Part shown: positions 50,551 through 53,627 of the stretch, one piece after another
Layout: every line of letters starts with the position of its first letter
Numbering within the stretch: position 1 is the first letter of the stretch
Origin: Octopus bimaculoides
Taxonomy: Eukaryota
Assembly: GCF_001194135.2 (NCBI RefSeq)
Contig: NC_068983.1
Span: forward strand, 70,419,346-70,472,972
Direction of reading: 5' to 3'
Length of the DNA stretch: 53,627 nt
Program-made: the position numbers and the translations under genes
The notes under the pieces: generated by a model
Told to the model about the DNA's origin: nothing
The model's input: only the letters and a program-made list of their open reading frames with translations
Databases searched by the model: none

Positions 50551-51169
50551 ATTTTGACACAACAATCTCCATTTTGTTCATTTCAATATATTTCAGTTTC
50601 TTACTATCAAATCCACTTACAAGGCTTTGTTCGGCCTGAGGCGACTTGCCCATGATGCCATGCAGAGGGACTGGACCTAGAACCATGTGGCTGGAAAGCA
50701 AGCTTCTTACCACACAGCCATGCCTGTCCCTAAATATCTATATATCTATAGACACCATATATATNNNNNNNNNNNNNNNNNNNNNNNNNNNNNNNNNNNN
50801 NNNNNNNNNNNNNNNNNNNNNNNNNNNNNNNNNNNNNNNNNNNNNNNNNNNNNNNNNNNNNNNNNNNNNNNNNNNNNNNNNNNNNNNNNNNNNNNNNNNN
50901 NNNNNNNNNNNNNNNNNNNNNNNNNNNNNNNNNNNNNNNNNNNNNNNNNNNNNNNNNNNNNNNNNNNNNNNNNNNNNNNNNNNNNNNNNNNNNNNNNNNN
51001 NNNNNNNNNNNATATATATGTACATACATATATAGAATAGTGGTACAACAAGGCACCAATGTTTACTAGAAATAGCAGTCGATAATTTTACGATGCTATA
51101 GTAATGCTTCACTGTATATATTCTGGCAAAGATGTGTGCGGGCAACAAACATAAAAAATTTCATCTTAC

Positions 51170-51236
51170 CTCTAGGAAGAACATTAAATAAATGGATAAC
51201 CCGGAATTGGATAATCTAGGACCTAAGTTTTGGACT
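51170..51236 (-). CDS. Candidate exon, copy 1: (R)VQNLGPRLSNSGLSIYLMFFLE (67 nt; alternative acceptor gives 51170-51222, 53 nt)
   Basis: Donor GAG|GTAAGA; acceptors tttgaag| or cttag|; all four differences from copy 2 are synonymous. Confidence 0.4.
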
Positions 51237-51336
51237 CTTCAAATGCATTTGTTATTGTAAATTTGATCAGTCTTCTTCAGCTAGATTTACCTAGAAAATA
51301 TTTCAAATGTTGCTACATCAGTGCCAGTATACTCAC

Positions 51337-51360
51337 CTGAATGCCTAGCCATTAACAGAA
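51337..51360 (-). CDS. Candidate microexon (24 nt, phase 1->1): LLMARHS
   Basis: Acceptor aactttttcactgttctcag| and consensus donor CAG|GTGAGT; phase-compatible with the 53-nt form of the downstream exon across a 114-nt intron. Confidence 0.4.
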
Positions 51361-51599
51361 CTGAGAACAGTGAAAAAGTTTTCAATGACGAAATTAAATA
51401 TTGCAATACAAATGTATTACTTTCCAGTCAATTAAAGCACCATAAAGGTAGAAGTATAAATATAGAATAATAGTACAACAAGGCACCAGTGTGTACTGGA
51501 AATAGCAATTGATAATTTTATGAAGCTATAGTAAAGTTTTACTGTATATATTCTGGCAAAGATTTGTGCAGGCAGTGAACATAAAAAATTTCATCTTAC

Positions 51600-51666
51600 C
51601 TCTAGGAAGAACATTAGATAAATGGACAACCCAGAATTGGATAATCTAGGACCTAGGTTTTGGACT
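51600..51666 (-). CDS. Candidate exon, copy 2, with the same peptide as 51170-51236
   Basis: Part of an about 245-bp tandem duplication (51031-51275 / 51461-51702, offset 430); splice sites are retained. Confidence 0.4.
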
Positions 51667-51702
51667 CTTTAAATACATTTATAATAAATTTGATTAGTCT
51701 TC

Positions 51703-51794
51703 TCCTTAGTGTTACATTCCCTGGCTATGTGTTCCTTGTTACAAATTCCACCACAGGATATATTTATATCCATCCCTAAGTAGCTGTAACATTC
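51703..51794 (-). mobile_element. Small RLE-LINE RT fragment
   Basis: YSYLGMDINISCGGICNKEHIAREC resembles the recalled RLE motif YKYLG.DENISY.G..NKERI.KEY. Confidence 0.45.
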
Positions 51795-51860
51795 TTTAAC
51801 CGATACAGGAGAAAATGTCAAAATATATTATATATAGATACACACATACATATATATATG

Positions 51861-51893
<33 letters not shown>

Positions 51894-51975
51894 TGAACAT
51901 CTATTTTCCATGCAATATGGGTTATATATATAATATATATATGTATGTAAGTATTTACACTTATATAGATATATC

Positions 51976-52433
51976 TTTTTTTCTTTTAACTTCTATTTGT
52001 TTCAGTCATATGACTGCGGCCATGCTGGAGTACCACCTTGAAGTGTTTTAGTCAAACAAATCAACCCCAGGATTTATTTTTCAAGCCTAGTGCTTATTCT
52101 CTCAGTCTTTTGCTAAACCAGTAAGTTATGTAGATGTAAACACACCAACACCAGTTGTCAAGCGGTGGTGGGGAAAAACTCAGACAGAAAGATACACATG
52201 CATAGATACACACACACACACACACACACACATGGTGGGTGTCTTTCAGTTTCTCACTACAAATCCATTTGCAAGGTTTTGGTTGGCTTGAGGCCACTTT
52301 GCCCATGATGCCATGCAGTGGGACTGGACCCGGAACCATGTGGTTCAGGCCACTTTGCCCATGATGCCATGCAGTGGGACTGGACCCAGAACCATGTGGT
52401 TCAGAAGCAAGTTTCTTACCACACAGCCTTGCC

Positions 52434-52473
<40 letters not shown>

Positions 52474-52859
52474 CACAGGAGTGGGTGTGTGGTAAGTAGC
52501 TTGCTTGCCAACCACATGGTTCCAGGTTCAGCCCCACTGTGTAGCACCTTGGGCAAGTGTCTTCTACTATAGCCTTCGATTTGGTAGACGGAAACTGAAG
52601 GAATCCTGTCATATTTATATGTGTGTGTATGTGTGTGTGTGTGTGTGTGTTTGTGTGTCTGTGTTTCTCCTCCACTATCGCTTGACAACCGATGTTGGTG
52701 TGCTTACATCCCTGTAACTTAGGAGTCTGGTAACAGAGACTGATAGAATAAGTACTAGGTCTACAAAGAATAAGTCCTGGGGTTGATTTGTTCGACTAAA
52801 GGTGGTGCTCCAGCATGGCTGCAGTTAAATGACTGAAACAAATAAAAGAATAAAAGAAT
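51976..52859. mobile_element. Head-to-head inverted pair of major-family SINEs (51976-52436 minus, 52471-52859 plus) separated by (TA)n
   Basis: Both heads abut the same TA run; the minus copy carries a 56-bp tandem duplication (52291-52346 / 52347-52402). Confidence 0.9.
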
Positions 52860-52882
52860 ATATATATATATATATATATATT

Positions 52883-53103
52883 TAACACCATATAAAAGCA
52901 GGGCTAGGTACTACAATAGCTTAGGGTTCAATAGCCCACAGTACTTCAATGCCCTGTCACAAAAATTAAGAAACCTACACAATGTGGTTATGCGTGTATT
53001 CAAAAAGGAACTGGACATTCTTCTCCCCTCAATATCAGATGAACCAATGACTTGGTATGAATTATAGATAAGGAAGGCAGCGTCAAACTCCCTCATACAC
53101 TAA
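52883..53103 (+). mobile_element. CR1/L2-like LINE ORF2 3' end fragment
   Basis: YNSLGFNSPQYFNALSQKLRNLHNVVMRVFKKELDILLPSISDEP...RKAASNSL matches the NSL...GP.LFN.LP..LRN.....FK..LD..L..IPDEP pattern. Confidence 0.75.
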
Positions 53104-53289
53104 ATGGGCTAAAAACCAAAGGAAAGGCACATACAGGAGTGCTGATATGAAATCTCACCACCCTGAAGAAATCAGCCAAAGAGGAATGATATGCAAAAGG
53201 TGTGAAATCATGATGGTGCTCTAGCATGACCACAACCAGAAGGCTGGAGCAAATAAAAGAATATAAGTATATATAAGTATTTTTATTCT

Positions 53290-53627
53290 GTCTTTCTTTT
53301 CTTTCTTTTACTTGTTTCAGTCATTTGACTGCGGCCATGGTGAAGTACCGCCTTTAGTCGAATCAAATAAACCCCAAGACTTATTCTTTGTAAGCCTAGT
53401 ACTTAATCTATTGGTCTCTTTTGCCGAACTGCTAAGTTACGGGGACCTAAACACACCAGCATCGGTTATCAAGCGATGTTGGGGAGACAAACACAGATAC
53501 ACCACATATACACACGCATACATACATATATATATATATATATACACATATATATACGACGTGCTTCTTTCAGTTTCCGTCATCCAATTCCACTCACAAG
53601 GCTTTGGTCAACCTGACGCTATAGTGG
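53290..53627 (-). mobile_element. Major-family SINE, cut by the window end
   Basis: cttgtttcagtcatttgactgcggccatgg...ctatagtgg. Confidence 0.9.

Noticed and set aside
51040-51245. Plus-strand reading CAG..HKKFHLTSRKNI*MDNPELDNLGP of the duplicated unit
   Set aside because: Both copies share in-frame stops and no transposase or other motif was recognised.
1-53627. CRISPR arrays, operons, rRNA or genuine tRNA genes
   Set aside because: Eukaryotic repeat-rich DNA; the tRNA-like segments are decayed SINE heads and no regularly spaced repeat-spacer array is present.

Overview
Eukaryotic, AT-rich, microsatellite-dense draft-assembly sequence with five N gaps. The repeat repertoire (tRNA-headed SINEs, RTE tails with (GAT)n, RLE LINEs, compound CA/TA/TACA/AAT arrays) resembles an octopus (coleoid cephalopod) genome; this is inferred from recalled repeat motifs, not from a search. 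There is no long intact ORF, and most supplied ORFs are microsatellite or gap artefacts. The window reads as intronic DNA. Several short minus-strand candidate exons with good splice sites suggest one unidentified, large-intron host gene. They are surrounded by decayed transposons: three R4/Dong-like RLE LINE remnants, RTE LINEs, a CR1/L2-like 3' end, two Penelope-like elements (PLEs), a DD37D/maT mariner with TIRs, hAT- and piggyBac-type MITEs, and several SINE families. Best leads: (1) three hammerhead-ribozyme-like loci, two inside PLE terminal regions and one as a back-to-back palindromic pair; (2) a PLE with a twin-priming-type 5' inversion; (3) a tandemly duplicated candidate exon whose copies differ only synonymously; (4) RLE LINE ends embedded in (TACA)n and (AAT)n microsatellites, including a serial pile-up; (5) closely spaced inverted SINEs and hairpins that could form dsRNA.
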